This document shows, in pieces, positions 40,727 through 49,786 of a stretch of 64,000 bases of DNA. The notes under the pieces were generated by a model, which saw only the letters and a program-made list of their open reading frames with translations, had not been told where the DNA came from and did no database searches. This DNA is from an uncultured Acidobacteriaceae bacterium. Lineage in GTDB: Bacteria > Acidobacteriota > Terriglobia > Terriglobales > Acidobacteriaceae. Both the position numbers and the translations under genes were made by a program. Where the stretch lies: assembly GCA_964247475.1 (NCBI GenBank), contig CAXTUS010000002.1, positions 945-64,944 on the forward strand, read 5' to 3'. Position 1 is the stretch's first letter; each line of letters opens with the position of its first letter.

Positions 40727-43700
40727 ATGGGAACGAACAACCTAAGCAGCCAGGGGTTCTACACAATGCCCTACGTCGAGGTGGTCGACCAGTACGGCGC
40801 CCAAACCGAGGTGATTTCGACCGAACCGGTAAATGCCCTCTATGCTCGGTCCTACAGCCTGGGACCCTACCGTGCGGGCGGGGTCAGCCCATCGGGCACC
40901 CCACCCGTGCCCTTCAGCCAGAGCGGAGTCGCTCCTGGCAGGTCAATCAGCGTTAACTTCCTTATGTCAGACGCCCCCCAGGCGTGCGGCGACGGATTGG
41001 ACGGGACCGCGGCCGCGCCGATCGCCGTACCGGATACGGGCTGGTGGAACGGCCTGATCTGTGGCTTCGGTCACGCCGGCTACGCGGCGCTGAATGTGCG
41101 GCCGGGCCGGAGCCTGACGGTCGAGGTGACGGCGCTCGATGCCAACGGTTTTCAAACGATTACCAAGGCGATGCCCGTGATCGGCTTCTTCCAGGCGGCC
41201 GACGCACCCGGGGGCCTGCCCTCGCTCGGGGTCACGCCCGGGGCTTTTCAGTCGCTTTCGCAGGGAACGACGACCTTGACCGCTACTCCGTTTGCCGCGG
41301 GGACCGCCGGTGGTGTCGTGCGGATTGGGATCGCGGATCAGCGCGGGGACGGGCGTCCCGACTTCCGCTACCAGGCCCGTGTCTTCTACGCGGATATGGT
41401 CGCACCCGCCGAGATCGCACCAGCGACCTCTTCTGCAGTTGTCCTCGGCATGGGCTTCCGGGTGGGAAACGAGGTGCGGGTAAACGGTGTGGTGGCCCAG
41501 GTGACGGACTGCACGTCGAATGCGATCACCTTTGCCGCTCCGGCGATGTTGACCGCAGGAGCGACGGCGGGAACGCCCGTTGATGTGCAGGTGACCGATC
41601 TTGGGACAGGGGCGACGACGGTAATCGCCGGTGCTCTCACCTACGTGTCGTCCGCGAAGAGCCCGGTCAGCCCGGCGGTGATGCGCCTGGTGTCTGCTCC
41701 CTCGGCCACGCTCCCGGCCGGAGAGACAGCGCCGCTGGCGTTCGCGGTCAGAATGCTGGCAGAAGACGGGGTGACCCCGGTACCAGGGACGACGGTCGTC
41801 TTCTCGGGCTCAAACGTCACCTTTTCGGCATGTGGACAGACCACGTGCAGCGTCATTACCGACGCATCCGGCTTAGCCTCGACAAACCTGGCGGCACGGA
41901 CGGCGGGCAGCGTCACGCTGCTTGCGACTGACGGTCAGCTGTTCCGCGGTGCGAGCCTGATGGCGCTGACCGGTGCGGTCGCCATGAGGATCCAGCAGGC
42001 GCCTGGCGGCTCGGTGCTTACTGGAAGGCTTGCTTCCCCGGTCTTCCAGGTCCAGGTGGTGAGCGCCCAGGGAGGGGGCATCGCCGGCCACCTGGTGACG
42101 TTTACCGTGAGTGGCCCCGGGGGCGCGGTGCTGACAGGTTGCAACCAGACCACGTGCGGAATGACGACGAACATCTATGGCCAGGCCCAGGTAGGGATCG
42201 CAGCGACCGCCGCGGGGGTGGTCACGGTCGAGGCTGTCGATGGCGTGCTGAGGCAGCAGATCTCTTTGACCGTCATCGCTAATCCTGACGTAATGACCCT
42301 GCTCCAGGTTCCGGCGGCGACGTCTTCGCTCGGCTCCTCGGCGGGCAATCTGAACGTCCGGCTGACCCAGGCGGACGGAGTCACGCCGGTGGCAAAGGTG
42401 CCGGTGACACTGTCCGCGCCACCCGGGGTGATCTTCACCCAGTGTGCAAGCAACGTGTGCGTCCTCGACACCGACAGCACCGGAACAACCGGCTCGGGTG
42501 TTGCGTCGGGAGCGCTGGGCAGCTACACCCTGACCGCTGCGTACGGAAGCGCCAGCGCGTCAACCTCCATGACCGTCAACCCCTCGGCCCAACCCGTGGT
42601 GACAATCCTGACGGTGCCTTCAGGCGATGCGCCTGTGGGTCTCTTCGCTCCGACCGCCTTCAGCGCCAAGGTGCTCGACGGCAGCGGCAGGCCGATACGC
42701 GGCGCGGCGGTTGCGATCGGCGGCCCGCTCGACGCGGTCGTCATGGGCTGCGGCGTGGCTTCCTGCATCGCTTCAACCGACGGCAACGGCATCGTCTCGC
42801 AGACCGTGAAGCCGATCAGGCCCGGCCTGATCGCGCTTGAAGTCGTCTACCAGAACGTGATTGGTTCGGCGAGCTTCAACGCGACCGGTCCGGGAGAGAC
42901 CTTCACGGTGACCGCTGCGCCTCCGGCCAGCGCCACCGTGGGCGATGTGGCGACGTTCGGCCTGCTGGCGCTGTCCCCTGGCGGAGTCACTCCGCTCGCT
43001 AGTCATGCCGTATGGGTCAACCTCACCAGCGGCAACGCGGCGATCAGCAACTGTCAGCTTGGCCTCTGCAAGCTCTACACCGATGCGAACGGAAGACTGA
43101 CCATCACCGCCACCCTCTTGTCGCCGGGAGAGGTAACAATCACGGCCACGCTTGACGGCATCGTGCAGGCAGCATCGATGCTCGTCTCCGCCAGGACATA
43201 CACCCTCCGGACGCTCAGTCAGCCTTCGGGCAGCTTTGTGATGGGCACGCCGGTAACGCCGGCATTTACCGTGAAGCTGTTCGCACCGGACGGAGTCACC
43301 CCGGTGGCAAGACAGAACGTAGCTTTTTCGCTCAGCGCGGGCAGCGCGAGCATCGCCGCCTGCAGCGTGTTGCCCTGCGTGGTGGTAACCAATGCCTCGG
43401 GAATAGCTTCGACCGGGGCGATTACTTCGTCGGTCCCGGGGCCGGTGACGCTGCGCGCAGACCAGAACGCGCTCTCGGCTACGGCCAGCTTCAGGGTGCT
43501 GTCGAATGTGGACATGGTCACCCTGGTCGGCGCGCCGCTCAGCGTCTTCGAGGGTGCGACGACATCCGCATCTCTGGCGGTGAAGGTGACGCTATCGGAC
43601 GGCTCGACTCCGGTGGCCAACGTCCCCATTGTGCTGAGCGGTGGCTGGTTCACGGCATGTGCGGCGCAGAGCTGCAGCCTGAGAACAGACGCGAATGGCA

Positions 43701-44461
43701 TGGTCGCGAGTACGGTCGCCGGAGCTGCCCCCGGCCGCCTGCTGCTGGTTGCGACGGTGCAGCTTGCGACCGGCAGCCAGGTGGTCTCGACGCCGCTCCA
43801 GGTACTTGCGAACGCCCGCAGCATGACACCCTTGACGCAGAGGACGTACCTTGCGGAGTCGGCAGTCGTTTCGATGTCGTTCACCGCGGCGTCAGCACAG
43901 AATGGCAGTGCAGCGATCGGGCTCGCCGTCACCTGGACCGGCAGCGCAGGCCTGCGGATCAGCCCCGCCGGTAACGGGCTGAAGACAGACGGCACGGGCC
44001 GGACCAGCGCCCTGGCTACTGCGGGTCCACTGGCCGCCGGCGCCCAGGCCGAAGCCTCCGCCTGCGCGTGGACGAACGTCTGCGCCGGCTTCAGTGTGAT
44101 CTCAGTTTCGGCTGCAGCCTCCCAGTTGACCGTCACCGGTGGGGGCGGTCAGGCGGCTTCGCGCGGTGCAGCTTTACATCCGCTGACTGCGCAGGTAACC
44201 GACTCCGCCGGGCACCCGGTTGCTGGCGCGACGGTCAGTGTTGGCCAGACGGTCACCGCGCGCGACGTGGAGTGCCCCACCCTCGGCCGCTGTCCGGCGG
44301 CACCCGTGCTGCTGACGGGCAGATCCACCCTGATCTCGGACCTGAACGGCAGTGTCAGCGTGGCACCTCTGACGATCCCGGGCGTACCGACCCTGACGGC
44401 ACTTGCCTTCTCCGCGGGCACGCAGGGCTTTGCGACTGCTGTTGTGTCAAATGCGCCCTGA
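40727..44461 (+). CDS. C-terminal part of the giant surface protein: IPT/TIG plus multiple Big-1/invasin-like Ig repeats
   Basis: Same frame as 39605; GMGFRVGNEVRVNG...PVDVQVTD (IPT) and 7 repeats containing CxxxxC-x3-T(D/N)xxG. Confidence 0.8.
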   Translation: MGTNNLSSQGFYTMPYVEVVDQYGAQTEVISTEPVNALYARSYSLGPYRAGGVSPSGTPPVPFSQSGVAPGRSISVNFLMSDAPQACGDGLDGTAAAPIAVPDTGWWNGLICGFGHAGYAALNVRPGRSLTVEVTALDANGFQTITKAMPVIGFFQAADAPGGLPSLGVTPGAFQSLSQGTTTLTATPFAAGTAGGVVRIGIADQRGDGRPDFRYQARVFYADMVAPAEIAPATSSAVVLGMGFRVGNEVRVNGVVAQVTDCTSNAITFAAPAMLTAGATAGTPVDVQVTDLGTGATTVIAGALTYVSSAKSPVSPAVMRLVSAPSATLPAGETAPLAFAVRMLAEDGVTPVPGTTVVFSGSNVTFSACGQTTCSVITDASGLASTNLAARTAGSVTLLATDGQLFRGASLMALTGAVAMRIQQAPGGSVLTGRLASPVFQVQVVSAQGGGIAGHLVTFTVSGPGGAVLTGCNQTTCGMTTNIYGQAQVGIAATAAGVVTVEAVDGVLRQQISLTVIANPDVMTLLQVPAATSSLGSSAGNLNVRLTQADGVTPVAKVPVTLSAPPGVIFTQCASNVCVLDTDSTGTTGSGVASGALGSYTLTAAYGSASASTSMTVNPSAQPVVTILTVPSGDAPVGLFAPTAFSAKVLDGSGRPIRGAAVAIGGPLDAVVMGCGVASCIASTDGNGIVSQTVKPIRPGLIALEVVYQNVIGSASFNATGPGETFTVTAAPPASATVGDVATFGLLALSPGGVTPLASHAVWVNLTSGNAAISNCQLGLCKLYTDANGRLTITATLLSPGEVTITATLDGIVQAASMLVSARTYTLRTLSQPSGSFVMGTPVTPAFTVKLFAPDGVTPVARQNVAFSLSAGSASIAACSVLPCVVVTNASGIASTGAITSSVPGPVTLRADQNALSATASFRVLSNVDMVTLVGAPLSVFEGATTSASLAVKVTLSDGSTPVANVPIVLSGGWFTACAAQSCSLRTDANGMVASTVAGAAPGRLLLVATVQLATGSQVVSTPLQVLANARSMTPLTQRTYLAESAVVSMSFTAASAQNGSAAIGLAVTWTGSAGLRISPAGNGLKTDGTGRTSALATAGPLAAGAQAEASACAWTNVCAGFSVISVSAAASQLTVTGGGGQAASRGAALHPLTAQVTDSAGHPVAGATVSVGQTVTARDVECPTLGRCPAAPVLLTGRSTLISDLNGSVSVAPLTIPGVPTLTALAFSAGTQGFATAVVSNAP

Positions 44462-44499
44462 GCTTCGATACGGGCGAACAAAGCGTACCTTCGGTGCGC

Positions 44500-44555
44500 C
44501 CAGACTTCCAAGACCAGACTTTCAAGACCAGACTTTCGAGACCAGACTTTCAAGA
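44500..44555. repeat. 14-bp tandem repeat x4
   Basis: ccagacttccaaga / ccagactttcaaga / ccagactttcgaga / ccagactttcaaga; the last unit contains the MOSC stop codon. Confidence 0.9.
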
Positions 44556-45341
44556 CTCGAGCCAGATCGGGTCGCACGTCTGCACCGGCCCGGGCGTCAG
44601 AACGGAGGCATAGACTCCGGCGCGGCCCTGGTGCTGGCGGTCGAGCAGCTTCATCAGGGAGTGCAGCGGCACGGCAAGATGCGGTAATTCGGGGTCGTAG
44701 GTGATGAAGCGGCAGCGTGGATCGCGTTCCCGGATCAGGATGCGCGCGGTCTCGCCCAGCCGAAGGCAGCGGCCGGTCAGACGATCTTCGGGAAATACTC
44801 CCTCATTTGAATAAACCAGTTCAGGGAGGGACGATGTCTCACAACGCTCCTGGTCAAGCCAGTTGTGTTCGAAGTCTATATAGAAGTTGGCCCGGAAGCG
44901 ACGCGGATCAAGATGCGAGCCTTCGGGCTCTCCAGCCAGAGCTCGCTCGAGAGATGCGATGGTCGCAAGAGAGATGAGTGAGAGGGGCCGCACGTCGGTC
45001 TGAGGCGTTGTGGCATGGGTGAGTGAGATCGCAGAGGCGCCGGGTATGTGAGTCTGAAGGTGCGAGAGGAGCTCCCGGGAGTCGACCGGCAGGAGCTCCC
45101 CGGTCGGCGTCAGAACCTCGACCTCGCCCGAGGGCAGCAGGTGGGGACGATAGCGCAGCATGTGGCGGCGCTCCTGGCCGGTGAGGCGGAGCATGCCAGC
45201 TGGAGCGCCTATGCTTTCGAATGCGAACAGACGATCATCGGCGACGCCGCGCGATGTAAGCAGGAGAGCCTGGACCTGCTCGCCTGCCATGCTCTTGACC
45301 GGGTAGCGGTAGAGGGTCGATATCTTCGCGATCTGCTTCAT
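44550..45341 (-). CDS. MOSC domain-containing protein
   Basis: LYRYPVKSMAGE, GVADDRLFA, DPRRFRANF, DPRCRFIT, GVYASVLTPG. Confidence 0.88.
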   Translation of the reverse strand: MKQIAKISTLYRYPVKSMAGEQVQALLLTSRGVADDRLFAFESIGAPAGMLRLTGQERRHMLRYRPHLLPSGEVEVLTPTGELLPVDSRELLSHLQTHIPGASAISLTHATTPQTDVRPLSLISLATIASLERALAGEPEGSHLDPRRFRANFYIDFEHNWLDQERCETSSLPELVYSNEGVFPEDRLTGRCLRLGETARILIRERDPRCRFITYDPELPHLAVPLHSLMKLLDRQHQGRAGVYASVLTPGPVQTCDPIWLES

Positions 45342-45430
45342 GGGCACGCCAGGTTCATGGGATGTCAGCTGCCCTGAAGCGAGGCTGGGCGGCGAGTGGT
45401 TGGTCCAGCCCGCGCTCCACTTCGCCCCTT

Positions 45431-46123
45431 TCAGAGCTTCGCATGGAGGACCGAACCCAGCAGGAGGGAGAGGCCGTTCCATGCGATCTGGACGCCGATG
45501 CAGAGCAGGATGAAGGCTACGACGCGCAGGATGCCATGGGCGGTCGTGGCCGAGATGGCGTTTGTAATCTTTGGCGCGTACGCGTAGCAGACATAGACCA
45601 GCGCGCTGAGGACGGCCACAGCAAGGAAGAGGCCCAGGTGGTCAAGGACGCTTTCCGTGATGCGAGCACCGCCGGAACCGGAGAAGCGGGCACTGAGCGT
45701 GAGCATGACAACCAGCGTGCCCGGGCCCGAGGTGACCGGGAAGGTGAACGGGTAGAAAGCTTTCTGTTCGAAGTTACGCAGGCTGGTGTCGAGATCAAGC
45801 TGGATCTCTTCGCGCTTGTTGCGGGTGTTGGCGTCTGAGTCCTTTTCGTTGAGCACCGACCAGCCGATCGCTGCGATCACGATGCCTCCCGACACCTGGA
45901 CGATGGGGAGGGAGATGCCGAAGAAGTTGAGGATGGCCGAGCCGAGCAACTCGATCACGGCAAGAAAGACGATGTTGTTGATCGCGATCCGCCGTGCGAG
46001 GGAGCGGTATACCTGGGGTGGCGCGTCGCCGACCAGGCCCAGGAAGACGAGGGCGGACCCAAGAGGATTGATGAGCGGCAGGAGCGCGCTGAAGGCGATC
46101 AGAAAGGCGTTCCAAAGCTGCAA
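45431..46123 (-). CDS. MarC family integral membrane protein
   Basis: LLPLINPLG, PFTFPVTSGPG, FILLCIGVQ. Confidence 0.92.
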   Translation of the reverse strand: MQLWNAFLIAFSALLPLINPLGSALVFLGLVGDAPPQVYRSLARRIAINNIVFLAVIELLGSAILNFFGISLPIVQVSGGIVIAAIGWSVLNEKDSDANTRNKREEIQLDLDTSLRNFEQKAFYPFTFPVTSGPGTLVVMLTLSARFSGSGGARITESVLDHLGLFLAVAVLSALVYVCYAYAPKITNAISATTAHGILRVVAFILLCIGVQIAWNGLSLLLGSVLHAKL

Positions 46124-46358
46124 AAGAGGTTCTCCCCAGACGTGCTGAGCTGATGATAAGCGTTCAGCAGGGCGGAGCGGCCTGGTCGTAGACTTCGGCC
46201 TCGGCCGTGCGGCGGATGGCCAGCGGCTGAAGCAGATGACGGATGCGGAAACTGGACAGGGGTGGGGTGAAGGCTTTAGCTTTCTCTTCGCGACCCTTCA
46301 AGCCTCCAGTTGGTGCGGGAGCTGCTGAAGAAACGCGTAAGCTCCTCAAAAGAAAGAG

Positions 46359-47714
46359 ATGGTGTCCATGCCCAATCGCAGAACCTTCCTTACCTCTGCC
46401 GCCAAGACCACCTTGCTGGCAGCAGGAGCAGCCCGGTTTCACCCCCTGCTGGGCCAGATTGCGCCGGAAAAGCGATCCCCGAACGACAATATCCAGCTCG
46501 CTTTGATCGGCGCCGGGATCCAGGGGCAGAGCGATACGAGGTTTGCCCTGCAGGTGCCGGGTGTGAAGCTGGTAGCGGTAGCCGATTGCTACGACGGACG
46601 GCTGGCGCATGCCAAGGAGCTTTGGGGTTCTGACGTCTTCACGACCCGCGACTACAAGGAGATCCTGAACCGCAAGGATGTGGATGCGGTGCTGATTGCC
46701 ACGCCCGACCACTGGCATAAGCAGGCGGCGATCGATTCGATGAAGGCTGGCAAGGATGTCTACCTAGAAAAGCCGATGATCCACCTGTACTCGGACGGTC
46801 CGGCGATTATAGAAGCGGCGCACTCCACGAACCGGATCCTGCAGGTGGGAAGCCAGCGGGTAAGCTCGATCATCTATGCCAAGGCCAAGGAACTGCTTGC
46901 ATCGGGCGCGATCGGCAAGCTGAACATGGTGACGGCTCGTTGGGACCGGAACTCCTCGATGGGCGCCTGGAACTACTCGGTACCGCTGGATGCCTCACCT
47001 GAAACCTGCGACTGGCCGCGCTTCGAAGGCTCTGCACCAAAGATGGCGTGGAACGCGGAACGCTTCTTCCAGTGGAGGAAGTGGAAGGATTACGGCTCGG
47101 GCGTCGCGGGGGACCTGTTCGTCCACCTGTTCAGCGGGACCCACCTGATCACCGGCGCCCACGGCCCCACCCGTGCGATGGCTACGGGAGGCCTGCGCTT
47201 CTGGAAAGATGGCCGGGATGCAAACGACGTGTTGCTGGCGCTGTTTGACTACCCTGAAGGCTTCAACCTGAGCCTGCACGTGAACTTTGTCGATGGTGGC
47301 GAGGAGAGCGAGGGCTTCCTGTTCACGGGTTCTGAAGGTTTGATGGAGATCGACGGCAGGACGAACAGCGTGACCGTGACACGGACGCCGCCAGCGAGTG
47401 AGCCGGGCTACACCGTGTCTACCTTCACCGACGCCATGCAGAAGGCCTATGTTGACAAATACCGTCAGAAGTATCCGGTGCAGCACCCCACCGGACCGCC
47501 TCCGCAGGATATCCAGGCGTTCACTGCGCCCACCGGCTACTCCGACAGCTACGACCACTTCCACAACTTTTTCGCATCGGTTCGCAGCCGCCAGCCGGTA
47601 GTTGAAGATGCAACCTTCGGCTTCCGCGCCGCCGGCGCTGCGCTGCTTGCCAACGTCAGCGTAGAGCGTGACACCGTCGTTCACTGGAACCCCGAGACGA
47701 TGAAGCTGGTGTAG
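46359..47714 (+). CDS. Tat-exported Gfo/Idh/MocA family oxidoreductase
   Basis: RRTFL Tat motif, LIGAGIQG, IATPDHWH, DVYLEKPM, QVGSQR. Confidence 0.92.
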   Translation: MVSMPNRRTFLTSAAKTTLLAAGAARFHPLLGQIAPEKRSPNDNIQLALIGAGIQGQSDTRFALQVPGVKLVAVADCYDGRLAHAKELWGSDVFTTRDYKEILNRKDVDAVLIATPDHWHKQAAIDSMKAGKDVYLEKPMIHLYSDGPAIIEAAHSTNRILQVGSQRVSSIIYAKAKELLASGAIGKLNMVTARWDRNSSMGAWNYSVPLDASPETCDWPRFEGSAPKMAWNAERFFQWRKWKDYGSGVAGDLFVHLFSGTHLITGAHGPTRAMATGGLRFWKDGRDANDVLLALFDYPEGFNLSLHVNFVDGGEESEGFLFTGSEGLMEIDGRTNSVTVTRTPPASEPGYTVSTFTDAMQKAYVDKYRQKYPVQHPTGPPPQDIQAFTAPTGYSDSYDHFHNFFASVRSRQPVVEDATFGFRAAGAALLANVSVERDTVVHWNPETMKLV

Positions 47715-47797
47715 TTGTAACTCAACCGAATAACCGGTTCCTGGTCCCTCGGGATGCTCTTCCTCGGGGGCCAGCGGCCGCCTTTTAGGAGTGATCT

Positions 47798-49192
47798 GTG
47801 AAGATAGTCTCGAAGTGCCTCGTGAGCTCGTTGGCGTGGCTTGGCCTGGCCGGATTTGCCTGCGCCCAGGACCCGGCGCACGCAACAGAGTTCCGCATGC
47901 AGCATCCCGGCAATGGCCCAGATGGGAAGCCGCGGATCGAGTTTCTGACACACCGGCTTGGTTCCGACCATGCGGAGGGCATCTCGATGCTCGACATGGA
48001 TGGGGACGGATTCCCGGACCTGCTGAGTGGCGCTTACTGGTACCAGAATCCAGGTTCCGACGGCGGAGAGTGGGTCCGGCACCAGTTCAGAACGGTGGGT
48101 ACACACAATGAGTTCGTCTCCGACTGTGGCGAATGGATCGTCGATGTGGACCACGACGGGTTGCCGGACCTGGTGACGACAGGCTGGATCTCGAACGGAC
48201 TCTGGTGGTACAAGAATCCCGGACCGGCCGCGACCAAGGCCGGCACCATGTGGAAGGCGGAGAAGATTACAGACAGCTTTGACACCGAGGGTGGCGCGTT
48301 CGGCGACATCAACGGAGACGGCAAGCCGGATGTGGCGCTCGCGCATTACAACCGCGGTGGGGTGATCTGGGTCTCCTTTGGAGATGGCGCTCCGAAAGTG
48401 CACCATGTGGGCGGACACGAAGAGGATGGGCACGGTATCGGCGTCGCGGACATCAACGGTGACGGCAAAGCCGACATCCTTACCACTCATGGCTGGTTCG
48501 AGCAGGAAAACGCGGATCAAGACAAGTGGAAGTGGCACGGAGACTGGGATATCGGCGATGCGGGTTTCCCGATCCTGGGTCTCGACGTGAACCACGATGG
48601 CAAGATGGACCTCATCTATGGCCAAGGCCACGGTTACGGCCTTTATTGGCTTGAGCAGGGAGGGACGGCTGCGGCGCCGAAGTGGATCAGGCATACCATT
48701 GACGAATCCTTTTCGCAGTCGCACGCGTTGGCCCTGATCGATCTTGACGGGGATGGCGTGCCTGAACTGGTCACAGGAAAGCGCTACCGCGGTCACGGCG
48801 GCGATGATCCCGGATCGTACGATCCACCGGTGGTGTATGCGTACCGGCTGCCTGCAGCTAAGGGTGCCAGTACTGGAGCGACCCGGCCGGCCGGCATGCC
48901 GACCATGGCAATCTCGGACCCGGGCAGTGATCCGGTCTTTTCGCGGATCGATCTATCAAGCAACAGCACCGCCACGATAGGCACACAGATCGTCTTTGGT
49001 GACTTCGACAAGGACGGGGACACCGACTTTGCGACGGCCGGCAAGCTCGGGGTGCACGTGTTCGAAAACCTCAAGGTCGACAAGGTGTCCAAGCCAGCCC
49101 GCGAAAAGATGCAGCCCTTGAACAAGGAATGGCCGTTCCCGGGTGAGGGCAAGGAAGTGCCGCAGGAGGATGGGCCAGCAGTTCCCAAGTAG
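47798..49192 (+). CDS. Secreted FG-GAP/VCBS-repeat (beta-propeller) protein
   Basis: Repeated DxDGDGxPD / DINGDGKxD motifs after a signal peptide. Confidence 0.88.
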   Translation: MKIVSKCLVSSLAWLGLAGFACAQDPAHATEFRMQHPGNGPDGKPRIEFLTHRLGSDHAEGISMLDMDGDGFPDLLSGAYWYQNPGSDGGEWVRHQFRTVGTHNEFVSDCGEWIVDVDHDGLPDLVTTGWISNGLWWYKNPGPAATKAGTMWKAEKITDSFDTEGGAFGDINGDGKPDVALAHYNRGGVIWVSFGDGAPKVHHVGGHEEDGHGIGVADINGDGKADILTTHGWFEQENADQDKWKWHGDWDIGDAGFPILGLDVNHDGKMDLIYGQGHGYGLYWLEQGGTAAAPKWIRHTIDESFSQSHALALIDLDGDGVPELVTGKRYRGHGGDDPGSYDPPVVYAYRLPAAKGASTGATRPAGMPTMAISDPGSDPVFSRIDLSSNSTATIGTQIVFGDFDKDGDTDFATAGKLGVHVFENLKVDKVSKPAREKMQPLNKEWPFPGEGKEVPQEDGPAVPK

Positions 49193-49456
49193 CCGGCCTG
49201 GTGCGGTACTGTCTTCCATTTAGATCGTTGGGATGAAGAGCGAGGGCCATGCCCTCGCTCTTCATCGTTCAGGCGGCCTCCACCGCAATCGATTGTGCCT
49301 TCTGAGCTGCTCAAGCGGAAGTCCCAAACTCGATGGGATCTACAGGTAATGGTCGGCAAAGGCCGCGAAGTGATTCAGAGCCGCCCTTGGCCTCGGCGCG
49401 CTCTGCAGTCGTAGAGATCTTTACGCCGCGATCAGGCAAAGAGCACATCCTGGGCG

Positions 49457-49729
49457 GTGCACATTCCGACGAGTGAGGTTGGTACAGCAAACACCGCAAG
49501 CCGAACGACTCATCGGCTTGGCACTTGCATGGAGGAGTTCGGCAGGGTGATCAAAGTCACGCTGTCGATCGCACAGCAAACGAACCTACTTGCGTCGGGC
49601 GCGACGTTCCAAGCGGCGCGTGGGAGCGAGCAGGTCAGCGCTTTGCCGTGGTCGGCCCCTGAGATAGAGGAAGTGGCCAAGGAGGCTGTACGGGCTTAGG
49701 AGGAGATTGCGCTGCTGAAACATGAGTGA
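49457..49729 (+). pseudogene. Remnant of a methyl-accepting chemotaxis protein signalling domain
   Basis: EEFGRVIKVTLSIAQQTNLLASGATFQAARGSEQ, then FAVV in a shifted frame (49642-49653), then EIEEVAKEAVRA*EEI; follows the MCP hairpin-tip consensus IAxQTNLLALNAxIEAARAGExGRGFAVVAxEVxxLA. Confidence 0.75.
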
Positions 49730-49786
49730 TGCCTGACAAGAGGATCTGGGGTCCTGCGCTCCTTCCAGTAGCCAGGTGGAGTAAGC

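Noticed and set aside
35529-44555. Short tandem repeats (8-mer at 35529, 14-mer at 44500, also 20-mer at 5737) as CRISPR arrays
   Set aside because: Units are adjacent with no unique spacers, too short, and there are no cas genes.
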